A stretch of 64,000 nt of DNA, from assembly GCF_048593235.1 (NCBI RefSeq), contig NC_133622.1, forward strand, positions 244,284,055 to 244,348,054, given 5' to 3'. The notes under the pieces are model-generated. The model was not told the origin of the DNA. It worked only from the letters and a program-made list of their open reading frames with translations, and did not search any database. The position numbers were made by a program, and so were the translations under genes. This document shows, piece by piece, positions 63,338 to 64,000 of this stretch. The stretch's first letter is position 1. The number at the start of each line of letters is the position of its first letter. Source of the DNA: Sminthopsis crassicaudata (lineage: Eukaryota).

Positions 63338-63990
63338 TTCCTTACCAGTATCCAATGTCTCTGACTCCATAAAGTATTTAGCCAAAAACTCTGATCCAAA
63401 AACTATCTTGAACATGCAGTACTTCGGCCTCCTGTCTCTCAGAATATACACCAATTTCCTTTGACTTTTTTGTCTTGAGTTCAATAGAATGAGGGCCCAT
63501 GGCTTTCCAAGACAGAGGGGTTTTCTGGAAAGGAGAGGCCTTGGCTGGTGCTTCAGTTCTATTCCTCTGTTTCAGCTGAAGGTGAGGAGAGACTTAGGTG
63601 CTCTTTATTACCCGAGAACCTTAGAGAGTTGACAACTTTGGAATGAGGAGGCTAGTCAGGGATATCATAGAGTGCTCCCAGATATAGTCTAGGGCGCCCT
63701 CCAAATTAAATATGCCAATAAATAAAAGTTCTTGTATGTCAGCTTATAAGATGTCTCTAATTACTTTGGCAACGTTGTTTAGTGTTTCCTTTGAATACTC
63801 TTTCAGGGAAATGGTTTGCTAAAATATAGGAGTTTTCTCTATGGATCCCTGTACATGAATCCCAGACAAGATTAATGGGCACTCAGATGATTCTTGGGAT
63901 GCAGAACCACAACTAATATCTAGGGACCTAGAGGAGGGACTCTCACTCTTCTGTCCTCCTCTCCCTTCCTCAGGGACTTCCTGAGCCCAT
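63338..63990 (-). promoter_or_regulatory. Putative promoter/non-coding 5' exon block for OR copy 5
   Basis: Donor TG|GTAAGG at 63346/63345; TTTCAGGGAAA at 63801; CAAGATTAATGGGCACT at 63867-63883. Confidence 0.62.
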
Positions 63991-64000
63991 GTTCCAGAAT

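Noticed and set aside
1-64000. CRISPR arrays, tRNA/rRNA genes, prokaryotic systems
   Set aside because: No regularly spaced repeat-spacer arrays or RNA genes seen; tRNA-like boxes belong to SINEs; sequence is mammalian.

Overview
Eukaryotic (marsupial, probably dasyurid, judged from WSINE1-type SINEs, MAR1, and L1/L2/MIR content), AT-rich olfactory receptor cluster. It holds a tandem, all minus-strand expansion of OR10Q1-like genes: four intact copies (3359-4306, 14807-15754, 29889-30851, 57936-58898), one copy broken only by a single GGA>TGA nonsense change (40934-41896), one old LTR-interrupted 5'-half pseudogene (27950-28937) and a 109-bp OR micro-fragment (56928-57036). The genes sit in segmental-duplication units (units 1-2 form one clade, 3-5 another). 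Each unit carries a homologous upstream block with a splice donor, EBF(O/E)-like and homeodomain motifs (likely promoter plus non-coding exon). Units 3-5 also share a candidate 32-nt micro-exon with a 5-codon uORF. Coding sequences are far more alike than their flanks and show mosaic phylogenetic signal, pointing to gene conversion. The rest is TEs (solo LTRs and SINEs with visible TSDs and empty sites in paralogs, atypical L1 pieces), microsatellites and four N gaps. Almost all other ORFs in the track are antisense shadows, repeat artefacts or use non-ATG starts. I found no evidence of a wholly new biological system; the best leads are regulatory-architecture inferences that need RNA or chromatin data. 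Family names and human comparisons are from memory, not from searches.
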